Assembly (NCBI RefSeq): GCF_006345805.1
Contig: NW_021831850.1
Location: forward strand, 124,001 to 188,000
From: Octopus sinensis
Taxonomy: Eukaryota
DNA length: 64,000 nt
Direction of reading: 5' to 3'
Under the pieces are notes generated by a model. The model saw nothing but the letters and a program-made list of their open reading frames with translations, did not search any database and was not told where the DNA came from. A program made the translations under genes and the position numbers. Positions 26,181-40,792 of the stretch are shown one piece after another. The first letter of the stretch is position 1; the number at the start of each line of letters is the position of its first letter.

Positions 26181-26196
26181 ATATCTATCTATATAT

Positions 26197-26251
<55 letters not shown>

Positions 26252-26312
26252 TCTCTCCACAATGAATTTTATATATATATATACACAGTGTTCACAAAAT
26301 CTGTCCACAGTG

Positions 26313-26356
<44 letters not shown>

Positions 26357-26361
<5 letters not shown>

Positions 26362-29300
26362 CCAAGCCCCCTGCAACGGTCAAAACCAGCCACTACACTA
26401 ACCTCCACATTTCTACTCAATGCACAAGGTGTCAGCCCTTCCACCAATGCACAAAAATGGAAGGTCCAATTCATTGAAGACTGGGTTGGTAACCATCCAC
26501 ACCACATCCCTTTCTTCATTCTCACTGAGACCCACCTTGACAACTCCCACTTGGAAGCCGAAGTGAGAGTGAAGAATTTCACAACCATCTGCGCGGATCG
26601 TATCGGCAGAAGGAAGGGTGGAACTGCCATTTTCCTGCATGATTCGTTTACGGCAGATGGAAATAGTATATTCTCCAACGGCTACTGTGAATCAGTCACC
26701 GTGCACAACAAAGCCAATGACCTGACAGTAATTGGGCTCTATAGGCCGCCCCAAACACCCATACTGTGCTTTAAAGAATGCCTCAACAGCATTAAGTGCT
26801 TTATTCAACAGTGCCATTCTAGCAACCTACTCATGATGGGAGACTTCAATCTACCCTGTGTTGACTGGACTACAAACTGTTTGAAACCAAGCACCCCCGC
26901 CTCAACCGCTGACAAAGAAGCAGCAGAGTCACTTTTCGACTTTACGAATGAGTTTTTCTTGTCCCAACTTGTCCTTGCACCAACAAGACATCAGAACATT
27001 TTGGACTTAGTGTTTAGTAACCACACTAACACTATACATAACGTTACAGTGGAAAAAACCCTTCTTTCAGACCATGACATGGTTCTCTGTAACATGAAAT
27101 TCCACCAGCCGAAAGCTAATCCTAGTGACCTCCCTCCAGCCCACCCATTTGATAACATGGATCTCCATAATGCCAACTGGGATGCAATCAGGAACGAGCT
27201 AACACATGTTGACTGGTCCTTTACACATACACACATCTCCACCAACCATAAAACATCTTGGCAGATCTTTGTAGACACCGTCACAGACATATGTGCAAAA
27301 CACTCCCCACCAAGACCTGTGAACAAAAAGTGCAGAATCCCCCAAAACAGAAAAACTATTATCAGAATAATAAAAAGAACAAACAAAAAAATTAACAAAC
27401 TAAAGTACTGCCAACAGCAACACACACATTCGACGGCTATCGCACTGCTTGAATCCAAAAAATATAACCTCCAACAATGCATGAAGACCCTCATCAATAA
27501 CCAAAGATCAGCTGAGGAGAAGTGGGCCATTGAAAAAATCAAACTCAACCCCAAAGTGTTCTTTTCATTTGCGAGGAAACGCAGGGTCACTGTCTCCATT
27601 GTTGGCCTTCTAATTGATGAAACTGGCACTCTCCAAGATAGTGCCAAATCCATGGCCGATATACTGCAGAAACAATACTGCTGTTTTCAGCAATCCTGAT
27701 ATGGCCGATCTGGGCTGTATCAGTGATGTCAACCCCCAACACACTATATCGGACATAACGTTTAGTGCCCCTGATGTCTTAGCGGCGATAAACGAAATAA
27801 AATACAATTCAGCAGTAGGCCCCGATAGGTTCCCTGCTTGTGTCCTGAAGGTGTGTCGACACCAACTTGCATCTCCCCTTGCTAATCTGTGGAGAAACTC
27901 ACTGGATGCTGGCTATATTCCAAAAAACCTTCTGTCCCAGTCTGTTGTCCCAGTTTTCAAAAAGGGAAACAAGTCCCTTGCAGTGAACTACCGTCCGATC
28001 TCACTCACCTCTCATATCATCAAGGTATTTGAGAGGGTGGTGAGATCTCGAATAACCCAATTTCTGGAAAGCAACAGACGGCTGATCTCTAACCAACATG
28101 GGTTCCGTAATGGAAGGGACTGCCTAACGCAGCTCCTGCATCACTTTGAGGACATTTTGAGAGCTTTGGGAGAGGGCTCCAACATCTACCTTGATTTCAG
28201 TAAGGCCTTCGACAGGGTTGATCACAAGATCCTATTGAAAAAACTATCCAACATTGGTGTCTCTGGAAAGTTACTGAAATGGATCAAGTGTTTCCTGACA
28301 GACAGATCTCAACATGTTGTAGTTGAAGGGGTAAAATCAAGCCCAGCCAAAGTCAGTAGTGGCGTTCCGCAAGGCACTGTGCTGGGCCCACTTCTTTTCA
28401 TCATCTACATTAATGACATTAATGACATCATCAAGCACAGCAACATAAAAATCTTTGCAGATGATTCCAAGCTACAGAAGGTCATAAATGAGGCGAGTGA
28501 CCGGACATGCCTTCAGTCAGATCTACTGGCTGTTATCCAATGGTCAGAAAAAAACAATATGCTGCTGAACGAGAATAAATTTGAGTTAATCCACTTTGGA
28601 AAAGAGGATGCCCTGAAACTCCCATACTCCCTTCCTTCAGGTGAAACTCTCGTGTCATCCAACAACATCAGAGACTTGGGAGTATTTGTGGACAACAACA
28701 TAAGCTGGGCCACTCATATAAACACCAAAGTTGACATGGCCCGCAGAATGTGTTCCTGGATTCTCAGAACTTTCCAGTCGAGAGATATCCACACCATTAT
28801 CCTTCTCTTCTCCACTTTTGCCCGACCCCACCTTGAATACTGTTGTCCACTGTGGTCTCCCCACACAAAACAAAGTATCATAAAAGTTGAAGCACCTCAA
28901 AGGGCAATCACAAAATGATAGATGGCATGACAGGCCTCGACTATTGGGGTCGACTAGAAAAGCTAAAACTTTATTCTCTCCAACGTCGTCGTGAGCGCTA
29001 CATCATCTGCATGATGTGGAAAATATTCCATCAGCATTGCCCAAATGATGTTGGCATCACCTTTAAGGTACATCCAAGGCTTGGGCCCCGTGCCATCCGC
29101 CCAAAACAAAAATCGCACTCTCATCTCATAACAACAATACGGCACAATTATTTCACCTCAATTGGCCCCGCTCTCTTTAACATTACACCAAAACACATTA
29201 AAACAGAAACTGACCCTATAGGGTTCAAGAAGTCTTTGGACAGATTCCTTCAAGAAATCCCGGATAAACCCCCTACACCCGGATATGTCTCTGTAAACAA

Positions 29301-29447
29301 TAACTCTCTACTTGAGCGGGCCATAGTGCCCAAATTCTGACTTGAAAGACTTCACCAGGTAGTGCTATTAAGTTAGACATGGCCTGGGCCAATAATGGCC
29401 GAAACCTATCAAAGTATCAAAGTATCAAAGTATCAAAGTATCAAAGT
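26357..29447 (+). mobile_element. CR1-type LINE family A, 5'-truncated, frameshifted
   Basis: ORFs 26551-27699, 27614-28918 and 28915-29340 reproduce the 18498-21149 protein; (TATCAAAG)n tail. Confidence 0.92.
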
Positions 29448-29462
29448 ATATATATTATATAT

Positions 29463-29507
29463 ACAGTGTTGAAAAAGTCTCTCTGGAGAGACTTTTTGAA
29501 CACTATG

Positions 29508-29539
<32 letters not shown>

Positions 29540-29628
29540 TAAAATTCTCTGTGTAGAGACTTTTTGAACACTGTGTATATATACATATATACATAAAATT
29601 CACTGTGGAGAGACTTTTTGAACACTGA

Positions 29629-29675
<47 letters not shown>

Positions 29676-29753
29676 TCACTGTGTAGAGACATTTTAAACA
29701 CTGTGCATATATGTATATATATAAAATTCACTGTGGAGAGACTTTTTGAACAC

Positions 29754-29801
<48 letters not shown>

Positions 29802-29838
29802 ATATTCACTGTGGAGAGACTTTTTGAACACTGAATAC

Positions 29839-29871
<33 letters not shown>

Positions 29872-29958
29872 ATATACAATTCACTGTGTAGAGACATTTT
29901 AAACACTGTGCATATATGTATATATATAAAATTCACTGTGGAGAGACTTTTTGAACAC

Positions 29959-30019
<61 letters not shown>

Positions 30020-30070
30020 TATATAATATATATATATATATTCACTGTGGAGAGACTTTTTGAACACTGT
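29463..30070. repeat. CACTGTG/(TA)n satellite block
   Basis: About 10 units; first half-unit inverted. Confidence 0.92.
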
Positions 30071-30305
30071 ATCATCATCATCGTTTAACGTCCGTTTTCC
30101 GCGCTAGCACGGGTTGGACGGTTCGACCGGGGTCTGGGAAGCCAGAAGGCTGCACCAGGCTCCAGTCTGATCTGGCAGAGTTTCTACAGCTGGATGCCCT
30201 TCCTAACACCAACCACTCCGCGAGTGTAGTGGGTGCCTTTTACGTGCCACCTGCACAGGTGCCAGGGGGGACCGGCATCGGCCACGATCATTTGGAGCTT
30301 TTAAC
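30071..30305 (-). mobile_element. SINE-like element with (GAT)n tail
   Basis: Minus strand contains GGTGTTAGGAAGGGCATCCAGC and ends GGACGTTAAACGATGATGATGAT, shared with 57930-58110. Confidence 0.7.
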
Positions 30306-30894
30306 GTGCCACCGGCACTGAAGCCAGTCGGGGCGGCGCTGGCAACGGCCACGTTCGGATGGTGCTTTTTATGTGCCACCGGCACAGAAGCCAGTCGGGG
30401 CGGCGCTGGCAACGGCCACGTTCGGATGGTGCTTTTTATGTGCCACCGGCACAGAAGCCAGTCGGGGCGGCGCTGGCATCGGCCACGTACGGATGGTGCT
30501 TTTTATGTGCCACCGGCACAGAAGCCAGTCGGGGCGGCACTGGCTGGGATCGGCCACGTTCGGATGGTGCTTTTTATGTGCCACTGGCACAGGAGCCAGT
30601 CGGGGCGGCGCTGGCATCGGCCACGTTCGGATGGTGCTTTTTATGTGCCACCGGCACGGAAGCCAGTCGGGGCGGCGCTGGCATCGGCCACGTTCGGATG
30701 GTGCTTTTTATGTCCACCGGCACGGAAGCCAGTCGGGGCGGTGCTGGCCACGGCCACGTTCGGATGGTGCTTTTTATGTGCCACCGGCACAATGCCAGTC
30801 GGGGCGGTGCTGGCATCGGCCACGTTCGGATGGTGCTTTTTATGTGCCACCGACACAGAAGCCAGTCGGGGCGGCGCTGGCAACGGCCACGTTC
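30306..30894. repeat. GC-rich 67-bp minisatellite, ~9 copies
   Basis: GTGCCACCGGCACAGAAGCCAGTCGGGGCGGCGCTGGCATCGGCCACGTTCGGATGGTGCTTTTTAT starting at 30306, 30373, 30440, 30507... Confidence 0.95.
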
Positions 30895-30909
30895 ATATAT
30901 ATATATATA

Positions 30910-31209
30910 AAACTCACTGTGGAGAAATTTTTGAACATTGTGTATATATATATAAGTTGCGGTGCCCCAGCATGGCCACAGCTCATTAGCTGAAACTGGA
31001 AAAATCAAAATCAATCAAAATCATATATATATGATGATATAAAATTCACAGTGGAGAGACATTGTGAACACTGAGTGTATCTATCTATATACACATATAT
31101 ATAAATATATATATATATATATAAAATTCACTGTGGAGAGATTTTTGAACACTGTGTCTATATATATATATACATATATAATATTCACTGTGGAGAGACG
31201 TTTTAAGAT

Positions 31210-31272
<63 letters not shown>

Positions 31273-31523
31273 CACTGTGGAGAGATTTTTGAACACTGTG
31301 TATACATATATATATATATATAAAATTCACTGTGGAGAGACTTTCTGAACACTGAGTGTGTATATATATATATATATATAATTCACTGTGGAGAGTCTGT
31401 TTGAAGACTGTGTGTATATATATATATAAATTCACTGTGGAGAGATTTTTGAACACTGTGTCTATATATATATACATATATAATATTCACTGTGGAGAGA
31501 CGTTTTAAGATTGTGTGTGTGTG

Positions 31524-31565
<42 letters not shown>

Positions 31566-31764
31566 TATAAATTCATTGTGGAGAAATTTTTGAACACTGT
31601 GTATACATATATATATATATATAAAATTCACTGTGGAGAGACTTTCTGAACACTGAGTGTGTATATATATATATATATATAATTCACTGTGGAGAGTCTG
31701 TTTGAAGACTGTGTGTATATATATATATAAAATTCACTGTGGAGAGACATTGTGAACACTGTGT
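30910..31764. repeat. CACTGTG/(TA)n satellite block
   Basis: About 15 units with a higher-order repeat of several variants. Confidence 0.92.
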
Positions 31765-34700
31765 AGCGAGCTATCACCAACCATCTATGCAAATCACAAG
31801 GACCACTCACCCATTACCAACTTCCCTTACCTCGACATTCCTGTTAAATGTACGTGGCATCAACCCATCAATTATTGCCCAAAATGGAAGATCCCATATA
31901 TAGAGAGTTGGCTTGCCGAAATGGCACATTGCTTCCCTTTCTTTATCCTTACCGAGACTCACCTGAACAACACCCATATGGACGCAGAGGTGAAAATAAA
32001 ATATTTCACCATTGTTTGTGCGGATCGCACAGACCGAAATAAGGGAGGGACAGCCATCTTTATCCATGACTCCTTTTCACTTGATGCCAAGGACATATTT
32101 TCCAATGGCTACTGTGAATCGGTATCACTATACAACAAAGCCAAGGACATAACCATTGTTGGTCTTTACAGGCCTCCCCAGGCATCTCTAAAGTACTTTG
32201 AAGAGTGCCTTAACAAAGTCAAGTCCTTCCTTCGGAAGTACAACTCCGGAAACATACTAGTGATGGGTGATTTTAACCTCCCTCATGTGAACTGGCCCAC
32301 AAATACTCTGAAGTTAGGCAAGTGCTCTACATCAGATAGAGCACCAGCAGAACTGCTCTTTAATCTGATGGATGAGTATTTCCTGACTCAGCTAGTGCTT
32401 GAACCAACGAGACAGAATAAAACGATCTTGGATCTGGTATTGACCAATCACTCTAGCTACGTTCACAGCATTTCAGTCGAAAAAACTCTCCTCTCAGACC
32501 ACGACATGGTACTCTGCAATCTTAATTCCCGACATATAAAAACCAAACCAGCCAATCCCACTCCATGGCACCCATTTGACAACATAAACTTCCACAAAGC
32601 GGACTGGGGAACAATCAGAAAGGATCTGTCTTCCATCGACTGGTCTTTTACTCTCAATTCCTCTCATATTGAGACCGCGTGGCAGCACTTTGAAAACATT
32701 GTCACCTATACGTGCTCTAAACACGCTCCCAAGAAATCTACTAACACAAACAGAAACCGGCTCCCTAAAAAGAAAAAAAATACTCATCAGGCGCATCAAA
32801 AGACTCAACAAAAAAATCAACCAATTAAAATATTCCCACACACAACATCCACATTCAACAACAATGAAAAGACTAGAGCTGGAAAAACTTCATCTGCAGA
32901 CTAACATGAAAACCTCTATTGAAAATCAAAGAGCTGTGGAGGAACAATGGGTAATCAAAAACATCAAACAGAACCCAAAAGTGTTCTATTCTTATGCAAA
33001 TAAGCATAGAACCACTGTCTCACCCATTGGGCCATTGATTGATGATAACGGCATTCCCCAACACGATGCTAAAGAAATGGCAGAAATACTGCAGAAACAA
33101 TACTGCTCTGTCTTTAGTGTTCCCACTGATATTGACGTAAGGGAAACGAACGAAGTTGACTCCCAACACAAAATCTCAGACATAACCTTCACTGCCACCG
33201 ACATCGTAGCAGCAATAAATGAGGTCAAACATTACTCTGCTGTAGGCCCTGATAGATTTCACGCTAGTCTCCTGAAGGAATGTAGATATCAACTTACAGT
33301 CCCTCTGACCAACCTCTGGAGAAATTCGTTAGACGCAGGTTATATACCGAAAAAGTTTCTATCCCACTCGGTCATCCCGGTTTTCAAACAGGGAAACAGA
33401 TCCCTCGCACTCAACTGTCGCCCAATCTCACTCACCTCCCACATCATTAAAGTGTTTGAAAGAGTGTTAAGATCAAGGATAGCTGACTTCCTGGAGACCC
33501 ACAAACTCCTAAATTCAAATCAGCATGGCTTTCGCTGTGGCAGGGACTGTCTAACACAGCTCTTACACCACATTGAAGATGTACTCAAAGCCTTGGGAAC
33601 AGGTTCGAACTCTGACGTCATATATCTTGACTTCAGTAAAGCGTTCGACAGGGTAGACCATAACATCCTACTCTCAAAATTGGCAAATGTTGGAATCCGT
33701 GGAAAAGTTCTACACTGGATTAAGTATTTCCTGGCGAATAGAACACAACATGTTGTAGTTGATGGAGTCCACTGAAACCCAGCAAAAGTCACCAGCGGTG
33801 TTCCCCAGGGAACTGTTTTGGGTCCGCTACTCTTCATAATTTACGTAAACGACCTTTCCAGTGTCGTACATTACTGCAAAGTGAAAATATTCGCTGATGA
33901 CACTAAGCTCCAGCAAATCGTCAATGAAGAAGCAGACCGAACTCAACTCCAGTCTGATCTATATGCTGTGAGTCAATGGGCAGACAGAAACAAAATGCAA
34001 CTGAATGAGGGAAAATTTGAGCTGATGCATTTTGGAAGAAATACCTCACTAAAACAACCATACTCTCTTCCTTCAGGGGAACCGCTCACAGCCTCTAACA
34101 ATATCAGAGACCTGGGTGTAATTGTTGATGACGATCTCAGTTGGAGTGCACACATCAACAAGAAGGTCGATATAGCTCGTAGGATGAGTTCCTGGATCTT
34201 AAGAACTTATCGGTCCAGAGAACAAGGTGTCATCATACCACTTTTTTCCTCCTTTGTACGGCCACACCTTGAATACTGCTGCCCACTGTGGTCTCCTCAC
34301 ACAAGACAAAACATCTCCAGAATTGAGTCACCCCAGAGGGCTCTCACTAAACAAATTGAAGGCATGGCTGCTCTCGATTATTGGGATCGCCTTAAAGCCT
34401 TGAAACTTTACTCCCTCCAGCGTCGCCGTGAGCGGTACATCATTTGTACGATGTGGAAAATATACCGCCAACTTTGCCCAAACGACCTAAACATTAGCTT
34501 CAAGGTTCATCCGAGACTTGGACCACGGGCTATACGTCCCCTGCCAAATTCAAGATCACAACATACATGTACACTGCAACATAATTTCTTTTCCTCAACA
34601 GGCCCTGCCCTATTTAACATTGTCCCGAAAGAGATCAAAGAGGAAAAGGATCCCATCAACTTTAAACAGAGTCTGGATAGATTCCTTCAAAGAATACCAG

Positions 34701-34873
34701 ATAAGCGACGCATAATTGGATACAACTCACCCAACAAGAACTCACTACTTTAAAAAAAATTGACTTAAACAAAACTTGACTTAAACAGGATTCGAATACT
34801 CCTATCAGGTGGTGCTATTAAGGTAGATATGGCCTGGACCAATCTTTGTTCGAAACATATCTAAGTTTATCTA

Positions 34874-34880
<7 letters not shown>
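31765..34880 (+). mobile_element. CR1-type LINE family B, 5'-truncated, frameshifted
   Basis: APE (31921-32904), RT (32669-33775, 33818-34753: YLDFSKAFD, IFADD, LYSLQRRRERY); tail (TATCTAAGTT)n. Confidence 0.92.
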
Positions 34881-34920
<40 letters not shown>

Positions 34921-34926
34921 TATATA

Positions 34927-34957
34927 ATCACTGTGGAGAGACCTTTTGAAAACTGTT

Positions 34958-34990
<33 letters not shown>

Positions 34991-35088
34991 TATAATTCAC
35001 TGTGGAGAGACCTTTTGAAAACTGTTTATATATATATATATAAAATTCACTGAGGAGAACATTTTGAACACTGTGTATATATCTATAT

Positions 35089-35135
<47 letters not shown>

Positions 35136-35252
35136 CACTGTGGAGCGACTTTTTGAACACTGTGTAAATATATATATAAAATTCTCTGTGGAGAGACTTT
35201 TTGAACACTGTGTATATATCTATATATATACATAAAATTCACTGAGTATATG

Positions 35253-35298
<46 letters not shown>

Positions 35299-35373
35299 CA
35301 CTGTGGAGAGACTTTTTGAATACAGTGTATATATATATATTTAATATTCACTGTGGAGAGACTTTTTGAACAC
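34927..35373. repeat. CACTGTG/(TA)n satellite block
   Basis: About 8 units. Confidence 0.9.
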
Positions 35374-35440
35374 GCGGTGTGAGTTATGGCTGCTCTTTCT
35401 GGTGGACGAGTGACCTGTTAGGGTCACTCCTAAATTGTTA
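35374..35440 (+). mobile_element. 67-bp 3'-terminal fragment of the 470-bp HHR repeat
   Basis: Reverse complement of ~41835-41902, including the GAGTGACC/GGTCACTC hairpin. Confidence 0.85.
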
Positions 35441-35460
35441 TATATATATATATATATATA

Positions 35461-38400
35461 GTCAGTAAAACTGACTATCCTTATACCAAAAAGGATGGAA
35501 ACAAACAGCGCACACGGGTGTGTAGGTTCTACCTGAGAGGTACCTGCTGGCATGGAGAGGAAGTTGCAGGCTGCCGTTTTGCACATCGGGGACCCTGCCG
35601 CAGAGACACGAAACAGATCAGAAACAAACTAACAAAAGGAAAAGGGATGGAACACGCACCACCTGTCCCAAAACGGAGGTACGCAGATGTGGTGCGTGCC
35701 ACAAACCGCCAACATGATGTTGTTGAAAGGGCAGCTGCTGAACAAGAATCTTTTTTGTACATGGCACAAAAGATTGTACAGCAGCTAACCTGGCTTCATC
35801 AAACCCAAGCTCGCAGATGGGTCTCCCCATACAAGACCACCACAGCAAATAGACCCAGGGTGGACACCGCCGGCAACAGCGTACACCTCAACTCGATGCT
35901 CCTACTGAACATCAGAGGACTGCAAACACTCAGTAACAGGACAAAAATCCCGTTCTTGAGAGACTTTGTTGCATGCAATCAAGCCTTATGCATAGCACTT
36001 ACGGAAACGCGCCTGAAACCGGACATAACAGATGCGGAATTACACATACCACAGTATGTTGTACTACGGACCGACAGAAAAGAAAGGAGTCATGGAGGAG
36101 TTGCTATGTACATCCGTGAGGACCTCACACCCCAGGTCCTTTTGTCATACTCAAACTCGGTGTGTGACACACTAATTGTACATATAAGGCAACTTGATGT
36201 AGTTGTGTGTGCTACATATCGCCCTCCAGATGCCCCAAGCCATGTAGGCAAGTTTGAAGACTGCCTTATAAAAATAGAAGAAGTTCTAATCACATTAGAA
36301 CAACACATAAGTATACTTCTTATGGGAGACTTCAATCTGCCCAATGTCAGATGGCCCGAGGGCCTTTCTCTCCCAGAAATGATAAGATGTGAACGAGGTC
36401 AGGCGAGATCCCTCCTGAACCTCATCAACACCCTGTACATGGAGCAAGTAATACTCCAACCAACCAGGGCAGGTAACACACTGGATCTCTGCTTCACAAA
36501 TAATATGGATCTCATCCATAATGTGAAAGTGACACCGACAATACTCTCGGATCACAACATCGTAGAGCTGACCATGTACGGGCCGAAGGAAAGCATGGAC
36601 ATGCAGCCTACAAGAAACTCCCAGAATCTTTCCAGCATGAACTTCCATAAGGCAAACTGGAAACAAATTGAGAAAGAGATCCTCAAACAAAACTGGCCTA
36701 TATGTCTGTCCTGGCCAGACATCGACGTGAAACTTCAACAATTCATGTCTGTAATGCAAGCCATATGCTACAAATGTGTCCCAGAGAGAAAGGCCACTGT
36801 ACACAAGAACAAAATCCCCAGAGAGAGGAAAATTTTAATGAGACGGCGTACAAAAGTTTCAAATCGCCTAAACAAACAAATTGAAAGCAGTGAAAAGTCC
36901 CGCCTGAAAATGAAACTGTTGGAAATTGAAAAATGTCTGCAACTCTCCCATGAAAAGGAAAGAGCAGACAAAGAAGCCTGGGCTATAGACAACATAAAAT
37001 CTAACCCCAGAGCTTTTTACAGGTATGCCAAAGAAACAGCTACGGTGCACTGTAGGATAGGGCCACTCCTTGTAAAGGATGGCACACTCACAGGAAAACC
37101 AATGAGGGTAAGTGAAATACTGAATGAGCAATTCAAGAGTGTTTTCACTCCACCCCTTGGGCATTTCCAAATCACCAATCCAACTGACTTCTTTACCACT
37201 GCAGATATAAAATCAGAGGCGGCGACGATAGATTACATCGATATAAAGGAAGACAATGTAATAAAGGCTATAGATGAAATGAAAACAGACTCAGCTACTG
37301 GCCCCAATGGATTCCCGGCAATCCTCCTAAAAGTATGTAAGAGAGTCCTATCAAGACCACCGCAGTTCCTCTTTCAGAGCTTCCTTGCAGCTGGCAAACT
37401 TCCAAGAAAACTGAAGGAAGGTAAAATATGCCCTATTCATAAAGGAGGTAGCAGAGCGGAGGCCAAGAACTACAGACCTATCTCTCTGACCTCACACATC
37501 AGCAAGGCCATGGAACGAATAGTCAGAAGGAAACTGATCACCTTCCTTGAAGAAAATGTCTTGCTGCCCGACAACCAACATGGTTTCCGACCAGGGAGAA
37601 GCTGCTTAACTCAGCTCCTACAACGCTACGACTGGGTGCTGAAATGACTGCTCAACCACTCAAATGTGGAAGTCATATATCTCGACTTTGCAAAGGCCTT
37701 TGATAAAGTCGATCATGGAATGATATGTCACAAACTGCGTGATCTTGGCATAGTTGAAAAACTGGGAGAATGGCTTCATGACTTTCTGAAAGATAGAAGT
37801 CAGGTGGTAGTAGCCAATGGGGCCACTTCCATTAACACGCAAATAGTGAGCGGTGTTCCGCAGGGCACTGTTTTGGGACCACTAATGTTCATAATGGTCC
37901 TCTCAGACATGCACTAAGCCACGCAGAGAGCCACGATCACAAGTTATGCAGATGATACAAAAGTTTCACACGCAATACAGAACCCTGAGGACACTAAACG
38001 CCTGCAATGTGAGCTGGACAAAATATACAAGTGGGCTGAAAAGAATAGCATGCAGTTCAATGCTGAAAAGTTTCAAGCTTTATGCTATCAGCATGCAAAA
38101 CTAAATGCAATACCCAATGAATACACTGGACCCGGAGGAATTGCAATCCCAGAGGCACAATCAGTGCGTGACATGGGTATTTACATGAGTGATGACGCAA
38201 CCTTTCGTGTACATGTTGCTAAATTGGCAATGAAATGTAGACGACTGGCCGGATGGATTCTCAGAACCTTTAGAACAAGAAAACAAGAAACCATAATGGT
38301 CCTCTGGAGGACACTTGTCCTAAGCCACTTTGACTATTGCCCTCAGCTATGGTCACCATCCAGTGTCAAGTTGATCACAGAACCTGAGGCGATCCAACGT

Positions 38401-38940
38401 AGCTACACGAAGAAGATAGCCTCTGTGCAGAATATAGCTACTGGGAAAGACTCAAGAGATTAAAACTCTATACCTTGGAGCGTAGGCGAGAAAGATATGC
38501 CATAATATATATCTGGAAGATCCTGGAAGGACTTGTCCCAAACTTTTGCATCGAGAGTTACACAAATGCCAGAACTGGGCGCCACTGCGTGGTGCCTGGG
38601 ACTCCAAATTTGCCATCAAGATGTAGAACAAGATACTGTGATAGCCTGGGCTTCCGAGCCCCACAGCTCTTCAATATCCTCCCGAAGAATCTAAGAGACC
38701 TGCATGAGGTGGATGCAGATATATTTAAAGTGAAACTGGATCTCTTCTTGTCAGGTATCCCAAATGAACCAACTTCACGGCAGGGGGTGCAGATGAGGGC
38801 AGCTGCATCGAACTCTCTCATGCACCAAATGGTAGTTGCTAAAAAGCATTCGTGAAGTAAAACTATGTAGCAACACCAAATGGCGGTGCCCCAGCATGGC
38901 CACAGCTCGTGAGCTGAAACTAGAAACAATCAATCAATCA
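35461..38940 (+). mobile_element. CR1-type LINE family C with CCCH zinc finger
   Basis: ORF 35518-37647 (CCCH, APE, RT start), then broken RT pieces to 38855; tail ...GCTGAAACTAGAAA(CAAT)n. Confidence 0.92.
35518..37647 (+). pseudogene. CCCH finger + APE + N-terminal RT, premature stop
   Basis: CRFYLRGTCWHGEEVAGCRFAH; LLNIRGL, LTET, YRPP, MGDFN, SDHN, YRPISLTS. Confidence 0.85.
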
Positions 38941-38948
38941 ATATATAA

Positions 38949-39873
<925 letters not shown>

Positions 39874-39876
<3 letters not shown>

Positions 39877-40577
39877 TAAGTAATTAAGGGTTTAGCAACG
39901 ATTTGCCTCACCACACACCGAATTTAGAAATAGCAGTCAAATAGTTATAGCTATTCTTTCTACTAAAAGGGAGATCTCAGTAAAACCACAGCACTTGAAA
40001 GGCAAACACAGACAGGCACGAGAGAAAGAAATGACGACAATCGATCATACAATATTAAGTCACCTACGGACGTACGTTTCGAAATTAAGTTTTAGGAAAG
40101 CATAAGAATTAGATAATTATGTCTTACCCAACTTTTTTCTCATCAGCGTAGGACACTACAATTATGAATAACTGTATATTAAATTTCGAGGTACTAGAAG
40201 ACATCATCTCAACTCAGTATCAGAGCAAGCTAAAGCCGTTACCAGTATCACCAAATTCAAAGTGTGAATGAAAGTTTGTGTCACCAACCCCCTCCCACCA
40301 GCGTGCAGCCAAGACAAGATGTTGTGGTCATTTACTGGGATGAAATATGGTTATCAGTAACAATATAGGGTGAACTTAATTAATTTGGAATAATCATTAA
40401 TTTCACCAAGTAGATTTCGGCATGTAAAAGCCCCATTCGAGGAAAGTTTAAGTAATACTAAGTAATTAAGGGTTTAGCAACGATTTGCCTCACCACACAC
40501 CGAATTTAGAAATAGCACGAATGGGGCTTTTACATGCCGAAATCTACTTGGTGAAATTAATGATTATTAATTTCACC

Positions 40578-40580
<3 letters not shown>
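39874..40580 (-). mobile_element. Non-coding HHR element with 62-bp terminal direct repeat and 49-bp inversion
   Basis: Direct repeat 39874-39935 / 40456-40517; inverted repeat 40391-40439 / 40518-40566. Confidence 0.75.
40063..40152 (-). ncRNA. Type I hammerhead ribozyme, long stem II
   Basis: CCUACG-CUGAUGA-GAAA(~55 nt)UUUC-GAAA-CGUACG-UC/CGUAGG; perfect 6-bp stem I; GUC triplet. Confidence 0.88.
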
Positions 40581-40615
<35 letters not shown>

Positions 40616-40662
40616 TATAAAATTCACTGTGGAGAGACTTTTTGAACACTGTCTATATGTAC

Positions 40663-40705
<43 letters not shown>

Positions 40706-40739
40706 ATATGTAATTCACTGTGGAGAGACTTATTGAACA

Positions 40740-40783
<44 letters not shown>

Positions 40784-40792
<9 letters not shown>

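Noticed and set aside
30203-31014. Repetitive 180-227-aa ORFs
   Set aside because: Open frames through the 67-bp minisatellite.
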